Origin: Thraustochytrium aureum
Taxonomy: Eukaryota
Direction: 5' to 3'
Length of the DNA stretch: 60,801 bases
NCBI GenBank assembly: GCA_012862495.1
Contig: BLSG01000329.1
Location: forward strand, 52,651 to 113,451
The notes beneath the pieces are model-generated. The model saw only the letters and a list, made by a program, of their open reading frames with translations, was not told the origin of the DNA and did no database searches. The translations under genes were made by a program, and so were the position numbers. Numbering within the stretch: the first letter of the stretch is position 1; every line of letters starts with the position of its first letter. Of the stretch, positions 23,448 through 34,335 are shown in pieces.

Positions 23448-23924
23448 CATTCGCTGCAAAACCTTCACCTCGTAACACATCACGAGCCGATGGGCACCTT
23501 GCTGGCTTGCTCGTGGGTCGCGCTCGGCAATTTCATGACCTGGCTCAACTATGACAGCGACACGCAGCGGCATCGGATTCGGGCGGCGGACGGCAAGTGC
23601 ATGGTTTGGGGGAGACCGGCCCGCGTGATTCGGGCCGAGTACGAGACGCTTGACGGGGCCAGGCACAGCGCGCTGCTCAGCGTGTGCGGCTACCAGGGCC
23701 TTGTTCGCCACTTTCACTACCTGCCTGATATCGTAAACCTGATCCTCTACTGTGCTCCGTGCGGCCTGAACCACCTTTTGCCATACACGTACGCAATTTA
23801 CCTCACCTGCCTCTTGGTCGACCGCACGAACCGGATCGACCAGCGCTGTGCAGCAAAGTACGGCAAGTTCTGGGACCAGTACATCGCAGTGGTTCCCTAC
23901 CGCCTCATCCCGGGGGTGTATTGA
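23448..23924 (+). CDS. DHCR7: Sterol delta-7 reductase (DWF5/DHCR7, ERG4/ERG24 family), C-terminal part; the rest lies in a gap
   Basis: LNYDSDTQRHRIRAADGKCMVWG...GLVRHFHYLP...LLVDR..R..QRCAAKYGKFWDQY..VVPYRLIPGVY matches the plant-type DWF5 C-terminus. Confidence 0.85.
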   Translation, partial: HSLQNLHLVTHHEPMGTLLACSWVALGNFMTWLNYDSDTQRHRIRAADGKCMVWGRPARVIRAEYETLDGARHSALLSVCGYQGLVRHFHYLPDIVNLILYCAPCGLNHLLPYTYAIYLTCLLVDRTNRIDQRCAAKYGKFWDQYIAVVPYRLIPGVY

Positions 23925-25401
23925 AGCGATCGTGCAACAATTTGAAAGCGAAGCCAGTGAAAAACGTGCCGAGCGACTTGAAAACGTGTCACTTGCAAAG
24001 GCGTCTCAACGCGCGCAAGTTGCAAGCAACGCCAAAACGTGCAAGTTGCACCCAACGTCTAATCGTGGATCCGGCCATCATTTGCCATCTCCGCGTGGCG
24101 TTGGTCCCGGCTCAGTCACCGGGCCCGCCGCGCGGAGAGCAACGCCCAAGACGCGCGCCACGTTTTGGGCCAACCGCTGCTCGAGTTCAAGCTGTTCTCG
24201 ATTCCATCGTCGCGAGCCACCTGCCTTTCCGTTCGAGCCAGGGCTCAGGAGCGAGGCACGAGAGCGTTTCGCGATCAACAGCAAACTGGCCACCAACCGA
24301 CTGACGTGGTTTCGACTGCAGCGCTCGCCATTTCACTTTCTTGATCAATGCCAAGGCGCACATCATGAGGCTCGCTCGCCGCGCCTTTCGCGGTTAGCCC
24401 TCTGCTCGCCCCCACCTTCCGAAGACATGATGAGTCAACGGCGGGAACTTGGTGAGCCTCCACGCTGCGCTTCACGGCGCAACTGCATCCCGTCGAAGCT
24501 CTCCAGCTCGGACCCGGCAAGCATTGAGCCCGGAAAGCAAGCTCGCGAGACACGGGCCAAATCGAGCCCCAGCGCGGCCTTTCGCCGCTAGGACTCTACG
24601 TCCGCAGGGTCCGCATCGGCCGGGCGACGCACGACAACGCGAGAGCCTCGAAGCGCACGGGGCAGCGTTCCCGCAATGGCCGTGCGGCGCCCACGTCACC
24701 TCTGCCCCCGCCATGACGACGCGGCGCTCGACACTTGCCGTCACTAGTGCCCCATTCGTGTCGCGTCGTGGGTTCTTGCAGAGCGTCTTTCGAGGGGCTG
24801 AAAGCCTCTAGAGGATTCATCGAGGCGCACGGAGAACGCGGAACTTTGCTGCGGCACAATTGCGTGGGAGAAGGACTGGCTGGGACGAACGACGCGCACG
24901 AATCGCAGGCTTCCCCGCCCCGCCTCCCAAACTCCCTTTCTACCCCATCCGCGCACCTCTCCAGAGTCTCCGCCCGCCTACCCCCGCGCAAACCCCGTAC
25001 TCTTCACCCGGCCTCGGGATATCTCGCGCGCTCGCGGAACAGCGCTCCTATTCCGCCGAGAGGAGCGCCGCGCGGTATTTCTCCGCCTCTCAAGGAGTCC
25101 GCACGTCGATCGAAGCTCAGAGGTGCGTGGGTACATCTCTCTCTCTACTAAATCTCTCTAAATCCGCCTCCACCTTCTCTGGTATCAAACTCGTTTTCTC
25201 ATAGTATCTGTAGTTGGAGCAAGCAAACCAATGGCGAACGAAGGTGAGATGTTTTTTTTTGGGGCGTCGCGGTGGTGAGGATGGTCAGCCAGCCAAGCAT
25301 CTTGCAGTCGGGCAACGCGACGAGCGCAAAGCAGAAACGCACGAGACGGCCAGCGAGCAAGCAGTTGAACGACGTCGAAAGCGCACCGTAGCACAGCCAA
25401 G

Positions 25402-26525
25402 ATGGACGTTCAGAAGCGCGGGCTCGCCCAGATGCTCAAGGGCGGCGTCATCATGGACGTCGTGGACGTGGAGCAGGCCAAGATCGCCGAGGGTAAGTGG
25501 CCGGAAGGAAGGCGTTTGTTGGCGCTGTGGGCGCTGGCCACCGCGGCACGGGTGGCCTAGGGTTGGAGGGGCGGGCGGCTGACGGATCGTCGCGTCTGCT
25601 TTTCGATGATGGGGCAGCTGCTGGCGCCGTGGCCGTCATGGCCCTCGAGCGCGTCCCCGCGGACATCCGCCGCGACGGCGGCGTGGCGCGCATGAGCGAC
25701 CCGGCCATGATCAGCGAGATCAAGGCCGCTGTCAGCATCCCCGTCATGGCCAAGGCCCGCATCGGCCACTTTGTCGAGGCCCAGATCCTTGAGGCCCTCG
25801 AGGTCGACTACATCGACGAGTCGTACGTTCCGCTTGCCCACACGCCCGCCCGCCTCCTGCTTGCATCTTGAAACCCCCAGCAGCGCGCTGACGGCGCCCG
25901 TCTTGACGCAGCGAGGTGCTCACCATGGCCGACGAGGACAACCACATTGACAAGAACGAGTTCAAGGTCCCCTTCGTCTGCGGCTGCCGCAACCTCGGTG
26001 AGGCTCTGCGCCGCATCGCCGAGGGCGCCGCCATGCTCCGCACCAAGGGCGAGGCTGGCACCGGCAACATCGTCGAGGCGGTCCGCCACGCGCGCACCGT
26101 CAACAAGGAGATNNNNNNNNNNNNNNNNNNNNNNNNNNNNNNNNNNNNNNNNNNNNNNNNNNNNNNNNNNNNNNNNNNNNNNNNNNNNNNNNNNNNNNNN
26201 NNNNNNNNNNNNNNNNNNNNNNNNNNNNNNNNNNNNNNNNNNNNNNNNNNNNNNNNNNNNNNNNNNNNNNNNNNNNNNNNNNNNNNNNNNNNNNNNNNNN
26301 NNNNNNNNNNNNNNNNNNNNNNNNNNNNNNNNNNNNNNNNNNNNNNNNNNNNNNNNNNNNNNNNNNNNNNNNNNNNNNNNNNNNNNNNNNNNNNNNNNNN
26401 NNNNNNNNNNNNTGGTCGGCATCTCCGACCTCAAGAGCGACCCGACCAACTTTCGCGACCGCGAGGGCGGCAACCATGCCGCTGCCCCCATGGCCGCGAA
26501 CGGCGCCCCCCACGGAACCTGGTAA
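25402..26525 (+). CDS. PDX1: Pyridoxal 5'-phosphate synthase subunit Pdx1 (two visible introns, one gap)
   Basis: [43 protein letters not shown] and RTKGEAGTG motifs. GT-AG introns at 25493-25617 and 25823-25911 restore the frame, and each has a GCTGAC branch-like site. Confidence 0.97.
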
Positions 26526-27053
26526 ACCAGGTTTTCGTGTGCGTGAACTGGCTGCGTGCGCCGGTGCGCCGCGAGCGTCGGGGTCTTGATTTTCCCAACG
26601 CGGTCGGTGCCGCTGCTGCTGGAGCTGTGCCAAGGCCGAGTCGCGGGTTGACTCTGTTCGTCCCCACGAGACTCGCACTTGCTGGACTCGCGCAGGCGCC
26701 GTAGCTCGTTCACAGACAACTGCAATTCTCTTTTATTCTTGGCCTTGGCCGCTCGCGCGCTGGCGAGCAGGGCCCAGCATGCCCGAGCTCGCCTCCATCT
26801 CAACTTGAAGCGTGCATGTTCTCCTCACCGCAGTAGGTGAGTTTACCACCTTGGCACATTTGTCTTTCAACTCAAGATCACCCTCCAAGTCGAGAATCCT
26901 GCGCGCGTTGCTGCGACGCTGCCTGGCCCATTGCCAGCGCTGTGCGTGCTGAGCGCAGAGCCTGGCCGTCTTGCGGTGGCCAGGCTTGCGCCTTTGCTAA
27001 GCGGACGGACGGACGGTTGGTCGGTGGGCTGGCGGGCGGGCCGGCGGGCTGGG

Positions 27054-27940
27054 ATGTCGCGTCGTTTGGACGGCCTCGAAAGTGGCGGCCTCGTCGAGGT
27101 CCCTGTGCAGCCAGGACCCATGGGGCTCCTGCTCGGCACGGACGCGACGGGCTGCCATGTCGTGGTGGTGGGTTTGAGCGGATGCCGTCGGGGGGCCCTG
27201 GCCCAGTGGAGCGAGCTGGGCTCGTAAAGACCGGCGACCTCCTCGTTGCCGTCGGGACGTTTGCGAGGCCCCTTGCGGAGCTCGGATCCTTTGATAGAGC
27301 GGTCCAGCTTCTGCACGAGAGCGCCTCGCGCCATCGCACGCTGCTCTTTCAGGACGGCAAGGCGGCCGACCGCGCGGCGCGCCTCAAATTGAGCGAGTTG
27401 AGCGCCCCAGTCGACCACGCGGGCCCGTGCGAGGGCGCCTCCAGGGCGACGGTGGCGTGCGCTGTGGTCGAGACGCGCATCGTTGCGAGCAAAGGCGCCC
27501 CGAGCTTTACAGAGTATCGCATCAGCGTTGCGCGGTCTCGCGGCTCCCTTGCCAAGCCCTCGGTTGAGCGGTGGGCCGTGTGGAGGAGGTACAGCGCGTT
27601 TGCGCGCCTGGACAGGCAGCTGCGCGAACGCTACGGTTGGAGGCTGGACGACGCGCAGCTGCCGCCCAAACGAATCGTGTTCAACATGGAGCCTGCGTTT
27701 ATTCGTCGCCGCCAAGCCGGCCTCGACGCCTATCTAGGCGCTGTGCAAAGCATTCCAGACGTGGCAGCTTTTGATTCGCCCCGCGGGTCGCCCGAGCTGG
27801 AATCGTTTCTCGGCTGCGACCGCCAATCGGAGCGGCACCGCGTCGCGCGCCTCACGCGCGAGGAGCCCGTCGTGGAGCAGAAACGGACGCCAAGCGCACG
27901 AGCAATAAAGTTCAGGCGGCCCAAACGCAGAGCTGCGTAG
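27054..27940 (+). CDS. PDZ-like + PX domain protein (sorting-nexin-like), one apparent frameshift
   Basis: PDZ-like GPMGLLL...GFERMPSGGPGPVERAGLVKTGDLLVAV needs +1 base at the G3/T3 runs 27170-27175. PX domain: FTEYRI...VWRRYSAFARLDRQL...LPPK...FIRRRQAGLDAYL. Confidence 0.8.
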
Positions 27941-28110
27941 AGCGCCATGTTTCTTGTCAATGGGATGTTTCTGTTCGTGGTCTTTCAAGAAATAGCTCTC
28001 TTATCAGGGCACTTTCGTCTGCGCCGAGCCTGCACGACCGCCGCGGGTGCCACCAGCACTGGCTGTTGCCTACAAAGTGAGCAGCCCGCTCGCACCCCCG
28101 CCTCAGAGAC

Positions 28111-29212
28111 TCAAACTTGCGACGTCGACTTTGGCGTGGGCGGCTTGTCGCACTTGAGATATTCTGGCAGTCGCGCTCTGCCCTCGGTTTCGAGGATATA
28201 CGCCTTGTATTCCTGGCTAATGTAGAGCTTTGCCAAAGGCTCGCCCCCCAGCGGGTCAACCCCGCCAACCGCGCTCGCCCCGCCGGCAAGGCGCCGTTCA
28301 CGGTACCGACAGCTCGTGTTTGAGGAGCCCGCCCGGCCTCTTGCTTGTTCGTCGCCGCCTTGCGCGCCGTCTGGCGACTTGGCCTCCGCGCCAGCGGCCC
28401 TGTTATGAGCAGCAGCCCACTCGCTGGGGCTCATGTACCATGCCGTCCCATACCGACTCTCGCCGTTTCCTTGATGCGCCTCCTCGCGAAGGATCTCGCG
28501 AGCGTCGCGGTCGAGCGTCTCGAACAGGGCTTGGTCTGCCGCCTCCTGGTCTGTGAGCAATGCCGCCGGCACGTTGTGGGCCAGCTGCAAGCGGTCGCGA
28601 AACTGAACCAAAGAAGCGCGAGGCTCTTCGTTGTCGCGTCAGACTCTGCTTCGTTCCCCTCGTCCACGAGGCTGACGCGCCGCGCACCGTGCCGCGAGCG
28701 GGTGGACTTGTCCATGTCCTCGTCCCCTCCCGCGCCGTCGTCCGCCCTCCCCTGCTTGGAGCCGAGGGTTTTGTTCGATGCAGCGGTCCTTGGCGATTGC
28801 GGCGAGAGTCGCCTTTCGCGGCTCGATGCTCGCTCGTTTCGCCGTCATCGAGCTCGGCTTCGTCGTCAGACTCCGATTCTTCATCGCCGCGCTTCCGCTC
28901 GCTCTCCTCTCGCTCTAGCACGAGCATCTCAAGAAGCGCGCGAGTGCCGCCATCGTCGTGTTCTGCAGCAACTGCTTCCTTTGCGCGCTTGGCCTCACGT
29001 ACTGCGCTGCATAGAGCTGGTAGCCGCGCGAGGGTGCTCGCGTCCAGGTCGTCGTTCTTGTCCAAAAATGTCCATTCCACCCTGCCGGCCGCGCCAACCC
29101 CGGCGCTCAGTCCGGCGCTTGCGCGCGAGCCGAAGCGCCGCATCTCGTCGGCGCTGGTGTGCCGCGCTCGCGCCGCGATTTGGCGCCCGAGCGCCTGGCA
29201 GGACGGGGACAT
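28111..29212 (-). CDS. Hypothetical protein, apparently frameshifted
   Basis: Coding-like segments in successive frames: an acidic/coiled region (LLEMLVLEREESERKRGDEESESDD) and a C-terminal GTAWYMSPSEW...KLYISQEYKAYI...RLPEYL. Start and joins are uncertain. Confidence 0.5.
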
Positions 29213-29387
29213 GCTCGGCGTCGCGCGAAAAAAGACAAGTAACGGATAGTATTGGTCAGGGTTGTCTCTGTGCCGCCCGCCTGCGGCCCTTGGGCTCGCT
29301 GGCCGTCGAGCCGGCGATCGGGCGCAAAAGCACGCATGCGCGGCAGCCTGGACGCGCTGCAGGGCAGGGCAGGGCGGGCGCAGCCGC

Positions 29388-30250
29388 CTAGGGAAGCTTT
29401 TTGGAGATGAGCCCTGCGAAAAAATCCAGCCGGTTGCCGTCAGGGTAGAGGTCGTACAGCTCCCCAGTTTCGGCGTCCTTGGCGAGCAAGCTGCCACCGG
29501 TCTCTGCACGCAGGCCCTGGACGATGGCCTCGCGGCCGCCGTGCTGCTCGAGGCGGACGCGCTGGCCTGTGTGCAGCCAGTACTTTTCGTACTCGGCTTG
29601 GATGCGCGGGGCGAAGCCTCGCGCGGGGTCCTCAAACTCGCCGTGCAGAGACTCGTACCGGTCAAGGATGGCTGCCAGCACCTGCTCGCGTGAGACGGGC
29701 TCGCTGGTGAGGGAAGCGAGGCAGGTGGTCGGCTGCGCGTTGAGCACGTTGAGGCCGACCCCGATGGCGATGCGAAAGTCGCGGCCGCGCAGCGTCGACT
29801 GGCAGAGGATCCCCCCGATCTTGGTCTCGCGACCGAGGTAGATGTCGTTTGGCCACTTGATGCCAACTGGCGCGTCTGCGAGCCCTGGCAAGGACCGGAT
29901 GGCCTCCACGATAGCCAGGCACACCAGGTACTGGACCAGGGGCAGCGTGCGGCCCTCGCGCACCGTGCTGGAAAACGTGAACAACAAGCACCCTGGCGGC
30001 GAGGTCCACACGTTGCTTCCCCGCCCGCGGCCCGCAGTCTGCACGTCGGCGACGCAGACAGCGCCCTCCTCCAGCCCGCCAGACTCGTGCAGCAGCGTCT
30101 GCGTGCTGGCCAGGCACCTCGCGTAGAGCAGCGTCCGACCGTACACTTGCGAACCTAGCGCGGCGGCAAACCGCTGCACGTCGAACGGCGCGCCCGCCTC
30201 GCCGCCGCCGCTCGCCGGCAGCGCCGCCGCTGCCTCGGCCGCCCCAGTAC
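29388..30250 (-). CDS. BPL1: Biotin-protein ligase (holocarboxylase synthetase); 5' end in a gap
   Basis: STQ, QTAGRGRGSNVWTSPPGCLLF, IKWPNDIY, KIGGIL, IGVGLN and PDGN..D motifs. Confidence 0.95.
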
Positions 30251-31190
30251 NNNNNNNNNNNNNNNNNNNNNNNNNNNNNNNNNNNNNNNNNNNNNNNNNN
30301 NNNNNNNNNNNNNNNNNNNNNNNNNNNNNNNNNNNNNNNNNNNNNNNNNNNNNNNNNNNNNNNNNNNNNNNNNNNNNNNNNNNNNNNNNNNNNNNNNNNN
30401 NNNNNNNNNNNNNNNNNNNNNNNNNNNNNNNNNNNNNNNNNNNNNNNNNNNNNNNNNNNNNNNNNNNNNNNNNNNNNNNNNNNNNNNNNNNNNNNNNNNN
30501 NNNNNNNNNNNNNNNNNNNNNNNNNNNNNNNNNNNNNNNNNNNNNNNNNNNNNNNNNNNNNNNNNNNNNNNNNNNNNNNNNNNNNNNNNNNNNNNNNNNN
30601 NNNNNNNNNNNNNNNNNNNNNNNNNNNNNNNNNNNNNNNNNNNNNNNNNNNNNNNNNNNNNNNNNNNNNNNNNNNNNNNNNCTTGCGTCACACGTTAACG
30701 CGCTATTCCCGCGCACGCCCGTTACATACGCCCGCCGCGGTTAATTACACCCGTACCGCCCGCTCCCGGCAGACGCGCCGCGCGCCGTCGGCGTTTCCTA
30801 CCTCCTCCCGGCGTCAGAAACGCGCACGGTTGTGTTTAAAGGGCGCCGACCGAAGGGAGGCGAGCGGGCCTGCGGAGCCGCCCGTGGGGTGTAAAAGTGT
30901 TCTTAAAGTGCGCGGGCGGATGCAGACGTCTACGAGCATCGCGGCCTGACGCGAGCGGGCGCTGGGCAGACGCCCCAACTGCAGGCGACGAGGCGTTTTG
31001 AGCCGTGCAAGAGGCCGAGCAGAGTCGATTCCATCGGTTGCTTCTTGACGAGCTCGAGCCTGGCTTGGGCTGGGTCGCCTGCGTTGTTGTTTGTTGCCTG
31101 TGTGGGTCGTTCGTTGTCCAGGAGCTGGGCTGTGCCGGTCGAGGTGCTGGTGGACTCGTCCTGCTCGGGCCGGGCTCGCGAGCGGTGGAG

Positions 31191-32045
31191 ATGTCGAAGA
31201 AGAAGGATCCTGTGGTTGCCACGCTGTCCGGCGCCGTGGCAGGATGCGTGGAGACGACTGTTGTGTGGCCCATGGAGAGCACCAAGACCAAGCTGCAACT
31301 GGACAAGACCAAGCAGTTCAAGGGGATGATTGATTGCGCGCGGCACACGGTCAACGCGCACGGGGCGATGGGCCTCTACCGCGGCCTGCTGCCTGTACTG
31401 GTTGGGTCGATTCCGAAGGCGGGGATCCGGTTCGGCGGCTTCAACTACGTCCAAGGCATGCTGCGCCGCGAAGACGGGTCGATCACGCCGGTGCGCAACT
31501 TTGCCGCCGGCATGGCCGCGGGCGCTGTGGAGGCCATCGTGGCAGTCACCCCAATCGAGACGGTGAAGACCAAGCTGATCGACGGGAACAAGGGCTTTGC
31601 CTCCGGGCTGATGGAGATCATCCGCAAAGAGGGCTTGGGCGGCGTCTACAAGGGCGCGCTCGCCACCGTCGGCAAGCAGAGCAGCAACCAGGGGCTCCGG
31701 TTCATGGCCTTTGGCGTCTACAAGTCGTACCTCACCAAGGAGGACCCGGAGCGCGAGCTCGTGGCTATGGAGGCGCTCGTGGGCGGCATGTTGGCCGGCT
31801 GCTTCTCCACCCTCTGCAACAACCCGTTCGACATGATCAAGACCCGCATGCAGGGCCTGCGCGCGTCCGAGTACAACGGCTTTGTGGACTGCCTCACCAA
31901 GGTGGTGCGCGAGGAGGGCGTCATGGCTCTCTGGAGCGGCACGGTGCCGCGCCTCACACGCGTTGTGCCGGGCCAGGGCGTCATCTTCATGTCCTACAGC
32001 AAGATCTCCGAGTTCGTCGCGACGGCCCTCGGGCGCGAGGGCTAG
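31191..32045 (+). CDS. Mitochondrial carrier, citrate/tricarboxylate transporter-like (SLC25A1/CTP1)
   Basis: Three Px[DE]xxK motifs (PMESTKT, PIETVKT, PFDMIKT) plus GSIPKAGIRF, KQSSNQGLRF and PRLTRV, which are typical of citrate carriers. Confidence 0.92.
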   Translation: MSKKKDPVVATLSGAVAGCVETTVVWPMESTKTKLQLDKTKQFKGMIDCARHTVNAHGAMGLYRGLLPVLVGSIPKAGIRFGGFNYVQGMLRREDGSITPVRNFAAGMAAGAVEAIVAVTPIETVKTKLIDGNKGFASGLMEIIRKEGLGGVYKGALATVGKQSSNQGLRFMAFGVYKSYLTKEDPERELVAMEALVGGMLAGCFSTLCNNPFDMIKTRMQGLRASEYNGFVDCLTKVVREEGVMALWSGTVPRLTRVVPGQGVIFMSYSKISEFVATALGREG

Positions 32046-32477
32046 GCTTCACTGCAAGCGCAGTTCCGTCCATCTCCCTGCCGCCCCGACACGCGCTGAC
32101 CCGGCGCCGCCAGGGCAAGACGTAGGTACGTAGTAGCTCCAGTAAACCATGCGGGCGGGCGCCCATTTGTGCTGCTCTCGTTGTTTCCTTGGTCGGTCCA
32201 TGCCAAGCACGCGGACGCCATGGACCGCGTTGCCAGCAGCCCGCCGCGCGGCCCAGCTCTGAGACGCCCGCGAGGCTGGAAGCACCGTGTTCGACTTGCT
32301 CGGCCACACTCGGTATCGAGTTCAACTCGGACTCGCCACTTCGTTCGCTTCCGTCGCGCCAGTCGCGTTCGGGCAGCAGGCAGGCGCAACCAGCTGAGCG
32401 GGGGCCAAGCGACAAGGGCGCAGGGGACCCTCTGAGGCTTCCTCGGAGCGGGAGGCGCGCAGCAGGCGACTCGCGAG

Positions 32478-33019
32478 ATGTCGTCGCAGCGGACGTCGAT
32501 CAAGCGCGAACGCGACGAGAATGGCGCAGTTGCAGAAGGCAACGGCGCCAAGGCGGTCAAGACCGAGCAGGATGCCGCGCCGGTGACGCACAGCGACCTG
32601 ATGAGCATCCTCGGCGAGGTTGAGAAGCTCAAGCAGCAGCTGGCGGCGCAGAGCAAGCCGGCAGAGACAGCGCAGCCGGCGGTGGCTGCGGCGGCGGTGT
32701 TGGCCCCTGGGCCAAACTCAAAGTCGAAAGACGACGAAGGCAACGCGTTCTGGGAGCTCTCGAAGAAGAAGCGCATCACCGTGTCCGACTTTCGGGGCAG
32801 CACGCTCGTGAGTATTCGCGAGTACTACGACAAGGACGGGAAGATGTTGCCCACGAAAAAGTAAGTGCGTTTGCAGCTCTGCCTTTCGCGCTCGCTGTTT
32901 CGCTTTGCGCGCTGATGCGGACCATCGACAGGGGAGTATCGTTGACCGTGGAGCAGTTCAAAGAGCTCGCCAAGGTGTTTGGCCACGTAATGGCCGAAGT
33001 GGAGACCAAGGGGGGCTAA
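32478..33019 (+). CDS. SUB1: Transcriptional coactivator PC4/Sub1 (one intron)
   Basis: WELSKKKRITVSDFRGSTLVSIREYYDKDGKMLPTK; removing the GT-AG intron 32861-32931 gives KGVSLTVEQF, with TAA at 33017-33019. Confidence 0.93.
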
Positions 33020-33135
33020 TGCCACACCAACTCGGCCTGCGCGCGGCCAGCGCGCCACAACGGACGACAAAGTATGGCAGTATATTTCAAAACAAACGCA
33101 CGACTCGAGCGAGCATGCAGCTTGCCCCCCAAAAG

Positions 33136-34179
33136 TCATAAAAGGAAAGACTCGGCGAGCCGAGCCCCGATTTCCTCCCGCACAAAGGCTGCGATCTTGG
33201 TCTGGTCGCACGTGTTGAGCCAGACGAGCAAGAACCGCGCCTTGAGCGCGGCACGCTTGCAGGCCCGCCCGCCTCTTCGTGCTGCCACTTGGTCCAAAAG
33301 CGCAAACACGTCCAGCATCGCGTCCACCGCAAAGAGCTCCGGCTCGCGAAGAAAGCACGCGAGCGTCTCGAGTGAAGCGCGGCGCTCGGACTCTGCCCGA
33401 GAGGCAGTCTCGACAACGACGAGACCAGACGCGGTGGCATTGGCCAACTGGCGTCGTCGCCCGTTCGCCGCCTCGCCCCCAGCGAGGTCGGCAAGGACTT
33501 GGTCGAGGCTCAACGGCGAAAAACGGCATCTCGGANNNNNNNNNNNNNNNNNNNNNNNNNNNNNNNNNNNNNNNNNNNNNNNNNNNNNNNNNNNNNNNNN
33601 NNNNNNNNNNNNNNNNNNNNNNNNNNNNNNNNNNNNNNNNNNNNNNNNNNNNNNNNNNNNNNNNNNNNNNNNNNNNNNNNNNNNNNNNNNNNNNNNNNNN
33701 NNNNNNNNNNNNNNNNNNNNNNNNNNNNNNNNNNNNNNNNNNNNNNNNNNNNNNNNNNNNNNNNNNNNNNNNNNNNNNNNNNNNNNNNNNNNNNNNNNNN
33801 NNNNNNNNNNNNNNNNNNNNNNNNNNNNNNNNNNNNNNNNNNNNNNNNNNNNNNNNNNNNNNNNNNNNNNNNNNNNNNNNNNNNNNNNNNNNNNNNNNNN
33901 NNNNNNNNNNNNNNNNNNNNNNNNNNNNNNNCGGTCAGTGGCGGCGTTCGGCTCGTGAGCGCCTCCGCGGCATTCCTCGCGCTTGCGCAATGCCGCCTCG
34001 CCCGCCACCTGCTCCCGGAAGAACGACTCGGTGCACCTCTCACCGTGGCCGCGGTAGCAGGGCGCAGAGCAGTACGCGGCGGCGCAGCGTGGGCAGGTGT
34101 ACGCTGCCTTTGCGCGCGCGCAGACCTGGCAGACGCGCTCGGCGCCTGGTCGCAACATTTCGGGGTCTGGCACGGCCAT
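33136..34179 (-). CDS. ZNHIT2: Zinc finger HIT domain protein (ZNHIT2-like), interrupted by a gap
   Basis: CQVC...YTCPRC...YCSAPCYRGH..RCTESFFREQV at the N-terminus and a C-terminal AALKARFLLVW segment. Confidence 0.8.
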   Translation of the reverse strand: MAVPDPEMLRPGAERVCQVCARAKAAYTCPRCAAAYCSAPCYRGHGERCTESFFREQVAGEAALRKREECRGGAHEPNAATDXXXXXXXXXXXXXXXXXXXXXXXXXXXXXXXXXXXXXXXXXXXXXXXXXXXXXXXXXXXXXXXXXXXXXXXXXXXXXXXXXXXXXXXXXXXXXXXXXXXXXXXXXXXXXXXXXXXXXXXXXXXXXXXXXXXXXPRCRFSPLSLDQVLADLAGGEAANGRRRQLANATASGLVVVETASRAESERRASLETLACFLREPELFAVDAMLDVFALLDQVAARRGGRACKRAALKARFLLVWLNTCDQTKIAAFVREEIGARLAESFLL

Positions 34180-34335
34180 GTTTCGGGCGGGAATGGCGCG
34201 CCGCGGCCCTCGCTGCAGCTGCTGCGCAAGAGCGGCGCCGGCACGCCGAGGCTGGGCAGTCTAGCTTGGCATTGCGGACCGGGTTGTTTGCCTTCAATTG
34301 AGAGAGCTGACATGTACAGGCTGCTTGCTAGGTAG

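Noticed and set aside
25231..25307. Upstream ATG plus an intron-like segment as the first PDX1 exon
   Set aside because: Splicing it gives a frame that does not match the conserved [14 protein letters not shown] 25402 fits directly.
10989..30250. Possible cofactor cluster (PLP enzyme, PDX1, biotin ligase)
   Set aside because: The genes are separated by unrelated genes and lie on mixed strands; nothing beyond chance neighbourhood supports a cluster.
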